64,000 nucleotides of DNA, from assembly GCA_963823555.1 (NCBI GenBank), contig CAWGMA010000002.1, positions 256,001 to 320,000 on the forward strand, written 5' to 3'. The DNA is from Candidatus Eiseniibacteriota bacterium. Its GTDB lineage: Bacteria > Eisenbacteria > RBG-16-71-46 > CAVPCR01. Positions 44,820-54,050 of the stretch are shown here, piece by piece. Positions within the stretch are counted from its first letter, which is position 1; the number at the start of each line of letters is the position of its first letter. Below the pieces are notes generated by a model. The model searched no databases. It was given only the letters and a program-made list of their open reading frames with translations, and was not told where the DNA came from. The position numbers and the translations under genes were made by a program.

Positions 44820-45941
44820 ATGGGATTCGTCGCCAAGCTCCGTGCTGAGTTCATCGACATCGTCGAGTGGGTGGACGACAGCAGGAACACGCTCGTCTGG
44901 CGCTTTCCGCGCTATCACAATCAGATCAAGAACGGGGCGCGGCTCATCGTGCGTCCGGGGCAGGTGGCGGTCTTCGTCCACATGGGCAAGCTCGCCGATG
45001 TCTTCACGCCGGGGACCTACACGCTGGACACGCGCAACCTGCCCATCCTGAGCACGCTGCAGGGGTGGAAGTACGGGTTCGACAGCCCGTTCAAGGCCGA
45101 GGTCTACTTCGTCACCACGCGCCAGGTCAGTGAGCTCAAGTGGGGGACACCGAATCCTGTGCTCATGCGCGACATCGACTTCGGCCCGGTGCGCCTGCGC
45201 GCCTTCGGAAGCTATACCCTCCAGGTGCGTGAGCCGCGGAGCCTCATGACCGAGCTCGTCGGCACCGATGGCGAGTTCATCACCGACGAGATCAACGTGC
45301 TCCTGCGCTCGATCATCGGCAACGCGTTCGCCGATCTCGTCGCCAACTCCGAGCTCTCGGTGCTCGATCTGGCCGCCAACTATCGCGACCTGTCGGAGAA
45401 GCTCCGCCAGATGGTGATCGAGCGCGTCGACGATGAGTACGGTCTCGATGTCCCGCAGCTCTACATCGTGAACGTATCGGTGCCGGAAGAGGTGGCGAAG
45501 GCGGTCGACGCCTGTACGAGCATGAACGTGATCAACAACCTGGGGCAGTACCAGCAGTACCAGCTCGGGCAGTCGATCCCGGTGGCGGCGGCGAATCCCG
45601 CGGGTGGGCTCGCCGGAGCCGGCGTGGGCCTCGGTCTGGGGGCGGCGATCGCCGGGCGCATGATGCCGGGGACGGGGGGCGCTCCCTGGCCGGGTGGCGG
45701 CGGTGCGCCGACCCCGCCGGCACCGAGCGCCAGCTGGTACTTCGCCGAGAATCGCGAGACCCGGGGTCCGCTCACCATGGCGCAGCTCGGAGAGGCCATC
45801 GCCGCGGGCCGGGTGAGCCGCGCGACCCTGGTGTGGACCGGCGGTATGACGGGCTGGATGCCGGCGGGCGAGGTGCCGGAGATCGCCGCGCTCCTCCAGG
45901 CACAGACGCCGCCGCCACCACCGTTGCCGCCGCAGGGGTAG
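44820..45941 (+). CDS. SPFH/Band-7 (YdjI-like, 'virion core protein') protein with C-terminal GYF_2-like domain
   Basis: EFIDIVEW, GTYTLDTRNLP, SPFKAEVYFV, KWGTPNP, LRAFG; C-terminal WY...GP...TLVWTGGMTGW.PA..VPE and poly-Pro tail. Confidence 0.9.
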   Translation: MGFVAKLRAEFIDIVEWVDDSRNTLVWRFPRYHNQIKNGARLIVRPGQVAVFVHMGKLADVFTPGTYTLDTRNLPILSTLQGWKYGFDSPFKAEVYFVTTRQVSELKWGTPNPVLMRDIDFGPVRLRAFGSYTLQVREPRSLMTELVGTDGEFITDEINVLLRSIIGNAFADLVANSELSVLDLAANYRDLSEKLRQMVIERVDDEYGLDVPQLYIVNVSVPEEVAKAVDACTSMNVINNLGQYQQYQLGQSIPVAAANPAGGLAGAGVGLGLGAAIAGRMMPGTGGAPWPGGGGAPTPPAPSASWYFAENRETRGPLTMAQLGEAIAAGRVSRATLVWTGGMTGWMPAGEVPEIAALLQAQTPPPPPLPPQG

Positions 45942-45975
45942 CGCCGCTGCGAGGTCAAGGCGACTCGAGGACGAT

Positions 45976-46011
45976 GCCCGGGGGATGTCAGGTCCCCCGG
46001 GCTCTATCTTT
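45976..46011 (+). terminator. Rho-independent terminator candidate
   Basis: 10-bp stem gcccggggga/tcccccgggc followed by tctatcttt, downstream of the SPFH gene. Confidence 0.65.
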
Positions 46012-46127
46012 CCCGGGATGAAGAGACCCCGCGTTGTCCCTCGGTTTCGGCTCTGCTAGCCTCATGTCCTTCCGCGATGATCGTGAAGACAGCCCGGTAC
46101 CCATCCCAGCAACAAGTGGAGTTGGCC

Positions 46128-47300
46128 ATGAAGAAGAAGGCAACCAAGGCGGGCAAGGCATCCAGTGGCAAGCGTCGGAAGAGGACGGTCCTCCTCGTCG
46201 GGACTCGCAAGGGCGCCTTCATCTATCTCGCCGATGCCGCGCGCAGGAGCTGGCGCGTGAGCGGGCCGCACTTCCTCGGTTCGATCGTGCACCACCTGGT
46301 CCTCGACCCGCGCGACGGCAGGACGCTGCTCATGGCGGCGCGCACCGGGCATCTCGGTCCTACCGTGTTCCGCTCCACGGACTGGGGCAAGAACTGGCAG
46401 GAGGCTGCGACCCCGCCCGCCTTTCCCAAGGTGCCCGAGGGCGAGAAGGGGCGCGTCGTCGACCATGTGTTCTGGCTCACGCCCGGGCATGCGAGCGAGC
46501 CCGGGGTGTGGTACGCCGGCACGTCGCCGCAAGGGCTCTTCCGCACCGCGGACGGCGGGGCCACCTGGCACGGTGTCGCCGGATTCAACGAGCACCCGAT
46601 GCTGCCCCAGTGGATGGGCGAGGTCGGTGGCACCCCGGACGGCCCCAAGCTGCATTCGATCCTCATCGACCCCCGCGACGCCGCTCACATGTATGTGGGC
46701 ATGTCGGGCGGGGGCATCTTCGAGTCGACGGATGCCGGAAACTCGTGGTCGCCGCTCAACAAGGGGGTGGCGGGCGACTTCCTCCCGGATCCCAATGCCG
46801 AGTACGGTCACGACCCGCACTGTGTCGTCCTGCATCCGGCGGATCCCGATCGCCTCTACCATCAGAACCACTGCGGCATCTACCGGCTGGATCGTCCCGG
46901 GGAGTCCTGGGAGCGGATCGGCAAGAACATGCCGAAGAAGATCGGCGATATCGGTTTCCCGATGGTCGTTCACCCGCGCGACATCGATACCGCCTGGGTG
47001 TTTCCGATGGACGGCACCGAGGTCTGGCCGCGCACGAGCCCGGGCGGGCGCCCGGCCGTCTACCGCACGCGCGACGGCGGGAAGAAGTGGAAGCGCCAGG
47101 ATGCGGGGCTTCCCGCCGAGCAGGCCTGGTTCACCGTCAAGCGGCAGGCTTTCACCGCCGACGATCGCGACCCGGTCGGCCTCTACTTCGGCACCACCTC
47201 GGGCGAGATCTGGATGAGCACGAACGAGGGCAAGCGCTGGCGCCCGCTGGCCGCGCACCTCCCTCACATCTACTCGGTCGTCGCGGCGACCGTGGGCTAA
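46128..47300 (+). CDS. BNR/Asp-box beta-propeller protein (sialidase-like fold), no signal peptide
   Basis: Asp-box repeats (RSTDWGKNW, RTADGGATW, ESTDAGNSW, RTRDGGKKW, STNEGKRW); LLVGTRKGAF start; GHDPHC and HQNHCGIY. Confidence 0.88.
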   Translation: MKKKATKAGKASSGKRRKRTVLLVGTRKGAFIYLADAARRSWRVSGPHFLGSIVHHLVLDPRDGRTLLMAARTGHLGPTVFRSTDWGKNWQEAATPPAFPKVPEGEKGRVVDHVFWLTPGHASEPGVWYAGTSPQGLFRTADGGATWHGVAGFNEHPMLPQWMGEVGGTPDGPKLHSILIDPRDAAHMYVGMSGGGIFESTDAGNSWSPLNKGVAGDFLPDPNAEYGHDPHCVVLHPADPDRLYHQNHCGIYRLDRPGESWERIGKNMPKKIGDIGFPMVVHPRDIDTAWVFPMDGTEVWPRTSPGGRPAVYRTRDGGKKWKRQDAGLPAEQAWFTVKRQAFTADDRDPVGLYFGTTSGEIWMSTNEGKRWRPLAAHLPHIYSVVAATVG

Positions 47301-47316
47301 CCGGTCGGAGCGTGTG

Positions 47317-47577
47317 ATGAAGATCCTGATCCCGACGCCGCTCCACTCCTACACCGGCGGCCGGTCGGCGGTCGAGGCGGAGGGCGGGTCGCTGGGCGAA
47401 GTGCTCGCTGATCTCGATCGCCGCTTTCCCGGCCTCCGCTTCCGCGTGGTCGACGAGCAGGACGGCATCCGCGCCCATATCCGCTTCTTCGTCGGGGGCG
47501 AGATGGCGCGCTCGCTCGCCCATCCGGTGGCGCCCGGGGCGGAGGTGCAGATCATCTGCGCCTTGAGCGGCGGTTAG
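47317..47577 (+). CDS. MoaD/ThiS family ubiquitin-like protein
   Basis: Beta-grasp pattern IPTPLHSYTGG...LDRRFPG...IRFFV; C-terminal ALSGG. Confidence 0.92.
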   Translation: MKILIPTPLHSYTGGRSAVEAEGGSLGEVLADLDRRFPGLRFRVVDEQDGIRAHIRFFVGGEMARSLAHPVAPGAEVQIICALSGG

Positions 47578-47760
47578 TTCGACCTGGCAGGGACTTCATC
47601 GGGGCTGGGTCCTTCGCGAGTCGACGTTCGAGCTGTGGCAGTGCGGCATTGACTCCCGAATGGCGGCAACCTAGGATGAGACGTCTCCTTTCCGTCCCCT
47701 TGGCGGACCAAAGGAGATCCGATTCCATGCGGATCCCCAATGGTCGAAGGAGGCTCTGTC

Positions 47761-48162
47761 ATGTACAGATTCTCAATGTTCCTTCTGCTCTGTGTCGCGA
47801 GTTTGGTGGTTGCGACATCGGCCAATGCAGTGGACTGTGCACCCTGCGGTAACGACTGCTATATCTTCGACGCCATTTGTCAGGGAGGTGGCGGAACCGA
47901 GCTGCAATGGGAGGCCATGTGTCATTCCAGCTGCAGTCCTGATAAGTTCAAAATCTACCGCTATGCGCATGATCTCAACTGCACCTTCCTGGCTGGGTAT
48001 ATTGGGGAAGTGGACTGGACAGGGGATGATCAGGTATATACGTTCACGGATACTTCGAACCCAAACCAGTGCAGATCCTACAAGGTGCAGCTCTATACAG
48101 CCTCGGATCAACTTCTCTGTAGTGTGATCATCTATGCTTGTGGCGGATGCCCTTGCTGGTGA
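47761..48162 (+). CDS. Small secreted cysteine-rich protein (FN3/Ig-like strand pattern)
   Basis: aggagg RBS; signal peptide ending TSANA; 12 Cys in the mature part; W...FKIYR...IGEV...YTFTD...YKV pattern. Confidence 0.7.
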   Translation: MYRFSMFLLLCVASLVVATSANAVDCAPCGNDCYIFDAICQGGGGTELQWEAMCHSSCSPDKFKIYRYAHDLNCTFLAGYIGEVDWTGDDQVYTFTDTSNPNQCRSYKVQLYTASDQLLCSVIIYACGGCPCW

Positions 48163-48191
48163 GATTAGCCCGTGCGAGTCACGAATGAAGT

Positions 48192-48213
48192 GGGGGAGCG
48201 CTGGGGCTCCCCC
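48192..48213. terminator. Hairpin between convergent genes
   Basis: 8-bp stem gggggagc/gctccccc. Confidence 0.55.
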
Positions 48214-48217
48214 TCGG

Positions 48218-50212
48218 TTATTCTCGCATCAAGTCTCGGGCCATCTCGGCATAGCGACCATCAGGATTGAGGCTCAGGTAGGCTGAGAAGAACGTCCTCG
48301 CTTCGCGGATTTGCTTGCACTGCAAGTGAGCGAGCCCGAGGTGGAACTCGACGTCGCTATCCGAACCCAAATTCCTCCGGGCCAGCTCAAGCTCGACAAT
48401 CGCGTCTGCACTTCGTCCGCCATAGAGCAGCGCAACGCCTCGAAGATAGTGAAGTTCCCCATCCTTGGCCGCCTCGCCTGATGCTTCGATGGCGTCCAAA
48501 GTGGAGATGGCTGCACGATAGTCGTGAGCCTCAAGGTGGACTCTTGCCAATGCAATGGCCGCGTCTCGGAGGGCGTTGCCCTCACCGATGATGCGGTCGA
48601 GGCGGGCAACTGCTGTCCGGGTGTCACCCAATTCCGCTTCAATCAGTGCGACCTCCAAGTCGATCGCCACGAGCGTCGAGTCTGAGGCCAGGATTGTGAC
48701 CAATGCCCTGTATGCTTCTTCAGGTGGCATCGACCGGCTCACCGCTTGTAACTGAGCCAGGTAGCGCTTGTACCCTGGGCGGTGCTTCAGGGCATTGCCG
48801 AATGCACTCAAGGCGCCCTCCTTGTCGCCTCGATCGCGGAGGAAGACTCCCAGAGTCTCATAGCCGTAGGCGACTCCAGGTCGCTCATTGTCCACCTCGA
48901 GGAGCGAGTGGAACCGCTGGATGGCGGCTGCATCGTCGTGGTTCATCAGGACCCAGGGTGCTGTACAGCAGAAGGCGCTGAAGAGCATGACGATGCTGGC
49001 CCGAGGCGTGACGTGATCACTGACGACCACGGGCATACAGAGCAGGATGATGACTGGTGCCAGCATGCAGGCAAGGAGGTCCCAATCCCGAGCCATTCCG
49101 AGTTTGGGATCGACCGCAAAGGCAAGCGCTATGCCGACGATTGCGGCGAGAGTGAGGAAACTGAGCTGTGGTTTGGCTGTTCTCGGAAGGTGACGTAAAG
49201 AAGTCGCGCTCGCCACGGCGAGTGGAATCAGAATCGGAAACACGAGCATCAGCTCATTCACAAAGTCGCGGATATGAGCCGGTGACAGCATCCCGTAGTC
49301 CCCAAGAGGAGCAAGGAGGGCATCAGTCAGCGTCAGGCTCGATCCGCTTGGCCGCAGGCCCGCAATGACCACGATCCATACAACTGGTACGCCGCCGGCA
49401 CTCAGGAGAGCTAATCGCCTCGCTCTCCCGGTGCGACGACATTCGCGGACAAGGACGTAGACATAGGCTGGCAAGAGGAATATAGCTGAGACGTGGGTGG
49501 CGATGGCTGAGGCCAATACGAGGCTGATCCAGGGGAAAGCAACCTTGCCAGCGAGGTGAGCCAGAGCTAGGAGCAGAAACAGCAGGATCAGGAAATACAC
49601 CAGCGGGTAGCTCTCGATGTAGCCGCACCAGAACTGTGCAGTACCTGTGGTCAAGATGAGCGCTGCAAAGATGCTGTGCTTGCGGTGCGGGCTGATTAGA
49701 GCCGCGAGCTTGATGGCGACAAGGATACCCAGCATGCCGAGCAGACAGCTCCAGGCCTCGAGTGCTGCAACAGGGCCGATGTGAAATCGTGAGAGAAAGA
49801 GGACCACGATCCGGTTGATGGCTTGCGCGCCGGGCTCGGTGATGAGGACCGGATCAGAGCGAATGGTGGCAAGGAGCGTCCTTCCTCCGTCACCGAGAAG
49901 ATGGGTCGTGTCTCGCAAGGTCCAGAAACACACGGGGCTGGCGACTACGAGTAGGAAACGGATGACTCTTGCATGGAACAGCCGAAAGGCGAACGCTCGC
50001 GACCCGTTGAGAAGAGGCTGCAGCGAAGGCAATCGCGAGAAGCAGCGTGGCGGCTACGGTGAATGCCAGAATGGAGATTCCGGGTAAGGTATCGTAGGTG
50101 ATCGAAAGCCCCATTGGTTCAAAGGAAGATGTGGGCCAAGGCTCCGCATCCACACGACAAGAAGAGAAAGAAGGAGGATCACGCAGTCCGTGTGATTGGA
50201 TCTGTGTCTCAT
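48218..50212 (-). CDS. Polytopic membrane protein (GT-C-like) with C-terminal TPRs; 5' end interrupted
   Basis: HLLGDG, GYIESY and LGMARDWDL motifs, many TM helices, TPR tail. The N-terminal part (50212-50033) is broken by a TAG at 50054 or by compensating indels. Confidence 0.6.
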
Positions 50213-50359
50213 AGAGGTCTGGTCAGGAGCCAGATGCGTCAAAGTAGAGACGAATGGCAACAGCCATTGCTACACAGGGTCGAGTAGACTACCGCGGAGG
50301 CCGAGGGTCAAGCCGGAAGGAACCATTCCCGCCGGCAGCCGCCGGTGACGAGCCCGGGC

Positions 50360-51142
50360 TCAGCTGATCAGTCGCCGCCGCATGAGGCGGATCGAGAGCA
50401 CGAAGAGAGCGGAGCCCACGACCGCCATCCACGCCGTGCTCGCGAGCGCCGCCGACGCGCCCTCGCCGAGCATCAGGTAGCGGCAGAGCCGGACCGCGTG
50501 GTAGAGCGGCGTGAAGAGTGCCGCCGTGCGGAGCACCGCCGGCATGCGCTCGAGCGGGAAGAAGATCTCCGAGAACAGGAAGAGCGGCGTGATGAAGAGG
50601 GTGAAGTAGTAGCTGTAGAGCTCGATGTTCTTGTTGACGGCGGTGAACGAGAAGCCGATCCCGGCGAAGAGGAAGCCGATCAGGAGCGAGGCCGGGATCG
50701 CGAGCAGGGCGAGCGGCGAGTGCACGAGCCCGAAGAGCGCCATCACGACGAGGAACGCCGTCCCGTAGAGCCCCGACCGCGTGACCGCCCACGCGATCTC
50801 GCCCACCGTGATGTCCTCGACCGAGAGCGGGGTCGAGAGCATGGCGTCGTAGGTGCGGTCATAGGTCGCCTTCACGAACACATTGTACGTGACCTCGAAG
50901 GTGGCGCCGTTCATGGCGCTCGCCGCCAGGAGGCCGGGGGCGACCCAGGCCAGGTAGCTGTCGGCGACCCCCGCCACGTAAGCCCCGAGCCCGATTCCCA
51001 TCGACAGGAGATAGAACACCGGCTCGAAGAAGTTGGGCAGGATGTTGAACTTGAAGGTGCGGCGATAGACGGTGGCGTTGCGCGACCAGACACGGGCGGC
51101 GCCATCCAGCGTGAAGCCGAGCCCGAGGACGCCCCGGTTCAT
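50360..51142 (-). CDS. ABC-2 type exporter permease (NodJ-like)
   Basis: FEPVFYLLSMGIGLG, VAPGLLAASAM, YDAMLSTPL, PLFLFSEIFFP. Confidence 0.92.
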   Translation of the reverse strand: MNRGVLGLGFTLDGAARVWSRNATVYRRTFKFNILPNFFEPVFYLLSMGIGLGAYVAGVADSYLAWVAPGLLAASAMNGATFEVTYNVFVKATYDRTYDAMLSTPLSVEDITVGEIAWAVTRSGLYGTAFLVVMALFGLVHSPLALLAIPASLLIGFLFAGIGFSFTAVNKNIELYSYYFTLFITPLFLFSEIFFPLERMPAVLRTAALFTPLYHAVRLCRYLMLGEGASAALASTAWMAVVGSALFVLSIRLMRRRLIS

Positions 51143-52062
51143 GGGTTCAGCTCCCGCCCCGTCAGGCGCAGGAACACGTCCTCGAGCGTGGTGCGGCGCG
51201 CGACCTCGGAGAGGATCGAATATCCGCCCTCATGCAGGGCCAGCAGCACGCGGTCGCCGTCGGTCGTGTAGTAGACGAGGCGGTCCGAGTACTGCTCGGG
51301 GGTCCCGAAGTCGGGCGCCAGCTCGCGAGCGATGCGCGCGCGCTCGGCGGCGGTGGCGCGTACCTCGACGGCGGCCGGCGGCACGGTCGCCTGGATCAGC
51401 TCGGCGGGGCTCCCGGTGGCGGCGATCCTGCCCTCGTTCATGATGACCAGCCGGTCGCAGAGGCGCTCCGCCTCCTCCATGTAGTGCGTGGTGAGAAGGA
51501 GCGTGATGCCGCGGGCGCGGAGATCGAGGAGCCGCTGCCAGAGATCGTGGCGGAACTGCGGGTCGAGGCCGGTCGTCGGCTCGTCGAGGATCAGGACCTG
51601 CGGCTCGGCGAGCATGGCCCGGGCGATCGCCACCCGGCGCCGCATGCCGCCCGAGAGCTTGCGGATGTGATCGCGCCCGCGGTCCTCGAGCCCGAACAGC
51701 GCGAGCGCCTCCCGGGCCCGGGTGCGCGCCAGGCGGCGGTCGAGTCCGTGATAGACGCCGAAGAGGACGAGGTTGTGCTCGACGTCCAGCGCCTCGTCAA
51801 GGAGATCCTCTTGCAGAACGACGCCGAGCTCGCGCTTGATCTGGCGCGGCTCGAGATCGGGATCGCGGCCCAGCACCTGGAGCTCGCCTCCGGTCCGCGG
51901 CGAGGCACAGAAGATCATGCGCATGGTCGAGGTCTTCCCGGCGCCGTTCGGCCCGAGGAAGCCGAAGCACTCGCCGGGCTCGACGGCGAAGTCGACGGCA
52001 TTGACGGCGGTGAAGGAGCCGAAGCGCTTCACGAGGCCTCGGGCCTGGATGATGGGGGGCAT
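51139..52062 (-). CDS. ABC transporter ATP-binding protein (NodI-like)
   Basis: GPNGAGKT, LSGGMRRR, ILDEPTTGLDP, TTHYMEEA. Confidence 0.95.
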   Translation of the reverse strand: MPPIIQARGLVKRFGSFTAVNAVDFAVEPGECFGFLGPNGAGKTSTMRMIFCASPRTGGELQVLGRDPDLEPRQIKRELGVVLQEDLLDEALDVEHNLVLFGVYHGLDRRLARTRAREALALFGLEDRGRDHIRKLSGGMRRRVAIARAMLAEPQVLILDEPTTGLDPQFRHDLWQRLLDLRARGITLLLTTHYMEEAERLCDRLVIMNEGRIAATGSPAELIQATVPPAAVEVRATAAERARIARELAPDFGTPEQYSDRLVYYTTDGDRVLLALHEGGYSILSEVARRTTLEDVFLRLTGRELNP

Positions 52063-52073
52063 GGTGAGCGGGC

Positions 52074-53222
52074 TTACCGCCGGAAGCGGGACTTGATCTG
52101 GCCCCAGGTGGCGTCCTCGACCGCCTGCGCTCCGCAGGCCACCGGCCGCGCCCCGACCTGGCCACAGCCCCCGGAATTGCCCTCGGCGCACGGGGAGTCG
52201 GCCTGGAGCGTGAAGCAGGTGCCGTCGGTGCAGCAGAACTCGGGATCGAGCGCGAAGTCGGTGGTGTGGTCGCCGCAGGGGCCGTCGTAGCCGCTGACCG
52301 TGTTCTGCCACACGTCGTTGCAGGTGAAGGTGAGACCCGACTCGCAGGTGACGCCGATCTGGTTCATGCCGATGATGTTGCGCGCGATCGTGATCGCGGC
52401 GCCGGCGGTGGTGCGCACCCCGACATCCCCGTTGCCCCAGATGGTGTTGCCCTCGACGATGGCGGTCGAGGAGGTCAGCGTGAGAAAGACGCCGCTCTCC
52501 AGGTTGTCCATGATCAGATTCCCGCGGATATCAACCGAAACTCCCGTGCCGGAGAGGACGAGACCGAATCCACGGTTAGCCCGGATGGTGTTGTCCTCGG
52601 CTACCATCTCTCCAGCCATCGACACCCAGGTTATGGCGTCGCCAGCGGAGCCGCTGATCATGTTGTTGCTGAGGGTGAGTCCCGATTCCTGGGCGAAGAC
52701 GGCATCCCCGGCTGCCGCGCCGATCTCGTTCCCGCTGATGAGCGCGCTCGGGCAGTTGCGGATCCGGATGCCGGCTCCGCACACCGAGTTGAGGACCGTG
52801 AGCTGGCTCGTGTCGGCGTCGATCGAGCGGCTGGGCCCCGGGGGCAGTTCGAATCCATCGACGGTGACCGCGCCATCGCCGGCGGTGGCGATGGCCACCC
52901 GCTCCTCACCGGCGGCGGGCGGCCCGACGTCGATGACCGGCCGGGCCAGGTTGCCGGGATGCGAGAGCAGGTAGACGCCGGGATAGAGCACGGCGCCGGC
53001 CATCGTGTTGCCGCCGGGGAGATCCGAGAGCACGACCTCGGTGTAGGTGCCCGAGCGGACGAGGACGGTGTCCACGCCGGACTGGGCGCCGGCGGCGAGC
53101 GCGGCGGCCGGGCTCGGATGGTCGTCAGGGACGACGAGGCTGGAACCGGCGGCGGGAGTGGCCATGGCGCCCATGGCGAGAACGAGGACGGCGGCGCGAA
53201 GAGCGATCGGAGGATGGTTCAT
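52074..53222 (-). CDS. Secreted right-handed beta-helix (pectin-lyase fold) protein with C-terminal TWG tail
   Basis: Signal peptide; VPDD...DTVLVRSGTY cap; repeated '.I.GN.I..N' rungs; DPEFC...LQADSPC; ends CGAQAVEDATWGQIKSRFRR. Confidence 0.85.
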   Translation of the reverse strand: MNHPPIALRAAVLVLAMGAMATPAAGSSLVVPDDHPSPAAALAAGAQSGVDTVLVRSGTYTEVVLSDLPGGNTMAGAVLYPGVYLLSHPGNLARPVIDVGPPAAGEERVAIATAGDGAVTVDGFELPPGPSRSIDADTSQLTVLNSVCGAGIRIRNCPSALISGNEIGAAAGDAVFAQESGLTLSNNMISGSAGDAITWVSMAGEMVAEDNTIRANRGFGLVLSGTGVSVDIRGNLIMDNLESGVFLTLTSSTAIVEGNTIWGNGDVGVRTTAGAAITIARNIIGMNQIGVTCESGLTFTCNDVWQNTVSGYDGPCGDHTTDFALDPEFCCTDGTCFTLQADSPCAEGNSGGCGQVGARPVACGAQAVEDATWGQIKSRFRR

Positions 53223-53274
53223 GGCGCGGGGATTATCCCACTTCCGATCGGGATGCAAAAGTCGGGAGTGGCCC

Positions 53275-53317
53275 TTGACCGCGGCCGGCGGCCGGTTATA
53301 CTTACCGATCGGTAAGT
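53275..53317 (+). promoter_or_regulatory. Sigma70-type promoter with overlapping palindromic (TetR-type) operator
   Basis: TTGACC (53275-80), 16-nt spacer, TATACT (53297-302); perfect 18-bp palindrome acttaccgatcggtaagt (53300-53317). Confidence 0.8.
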
Positions 53318-53372
53318 CCGTCCGCCGCCCACCCCATCCGCGGCGCGATCCCCCGAGTGAGGTGCATCGCGC

Positions 53373-54050
53373 ATGGTCACGCTACGCGCTGCCGCCATGA
53401 GGCAGACCGCGGTGAAGGGGCCGCCTCCCGGGCGGCCCGGCATCCGCTCTGTCGCCGCCGGCTCAGGCTCCACGACACGAGAGCGCGTTCTGCGCGCCGC
53501 GGTCCAGCTCTTCACCGAGCGCGGCTACGCCGCGGCCTCGATGCGCGAGATCGCCGATCGAGCTCGGGTGACGAAGCCGGTCATCTACTACTACTTCAAG
53601 AGCAAGCAGGAGCTCTACGCCTCGCTCCTGCGCCATGTGCTCGAGGAGACCGACCAGCTCTTCGCGACCGAGGTCGCCCGCCGCGGCAGAGCGAAGAGCC
53701 GGTTGCGGGCCCTGATCGCGACCCATGTCCGCATCTGCCGCGAGGAGCCCGATCTCGCTCGCTTCGTCTACGAGGTGTTCTCCTATCCCGGGTCGCTGCC
53801 GCTCGGGTTCGACTACCAGGCGCTCGGACACCGCATTCTCGGCCGGGTCGAGGATCTGATCCGCGAAGGACAGCGCTCGGGCGAGTTCCGGCGTGTGGAT
53901 CCGACCTGCGCCGTCCTGATGCTGCATGGAGCGGTCCACTTCTATGTGGCTGCCCATCTGAGCGGGGTGCCGCCGGAGCTGAACGAGCGCACGGCGTCGT
54001 GCCTGTCCTCGATCCTCTTGCGGGGTGTGGTGGCGGAGGGGTGCCGATGA
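53373..54050 (+). CDS. TetR/AcrR family transcriptional regulator
   Basis: HTH LFTERGYAAASMREIADRARVTKPVIYYYFKSKQELY; C-terminal GQRSGEFR. Confidence 0.93.
   Translation: MVTLRAAAMRQTAVKGPPPGRPGIRSVAAGSGSTTRERVLRAAVQLFTERGYAAASMREIADRARVTKPVIYYYFKSKQELYASLLRHVLEETDQLFATEVARRGRAKSRLRALIATHVRICREEPDLARFVYEVFSYPGSLPLGFDYQALGHRILGRVEDLIREGQRSGEFRRVDPTCAVLMLHGAVHFYVAAHLSGVPPELNERTASCLSSILLRGVVAEGCR

Larger units (their letters stand above)
47580..50290. other. Lower-GC islet (two convergent genes)
   Basis: Visibly more A/T and A/T-ending codons than the flanking genes; boundaries approximate, judged by eye. Confidence 0.6.

Noticed and set aside
50054..50056. In-frame TAG as pyrrolysine or read-through
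   Set aside because: The hydrophobic helix expected there is in another frame, so compensating indels explain it better; no pyl genes seen.
50360..52062. nodIJ as evidence of Nod-factor synthesis
   Set aside because: Generic ABC-2 exporter; no nodABC-like genes.
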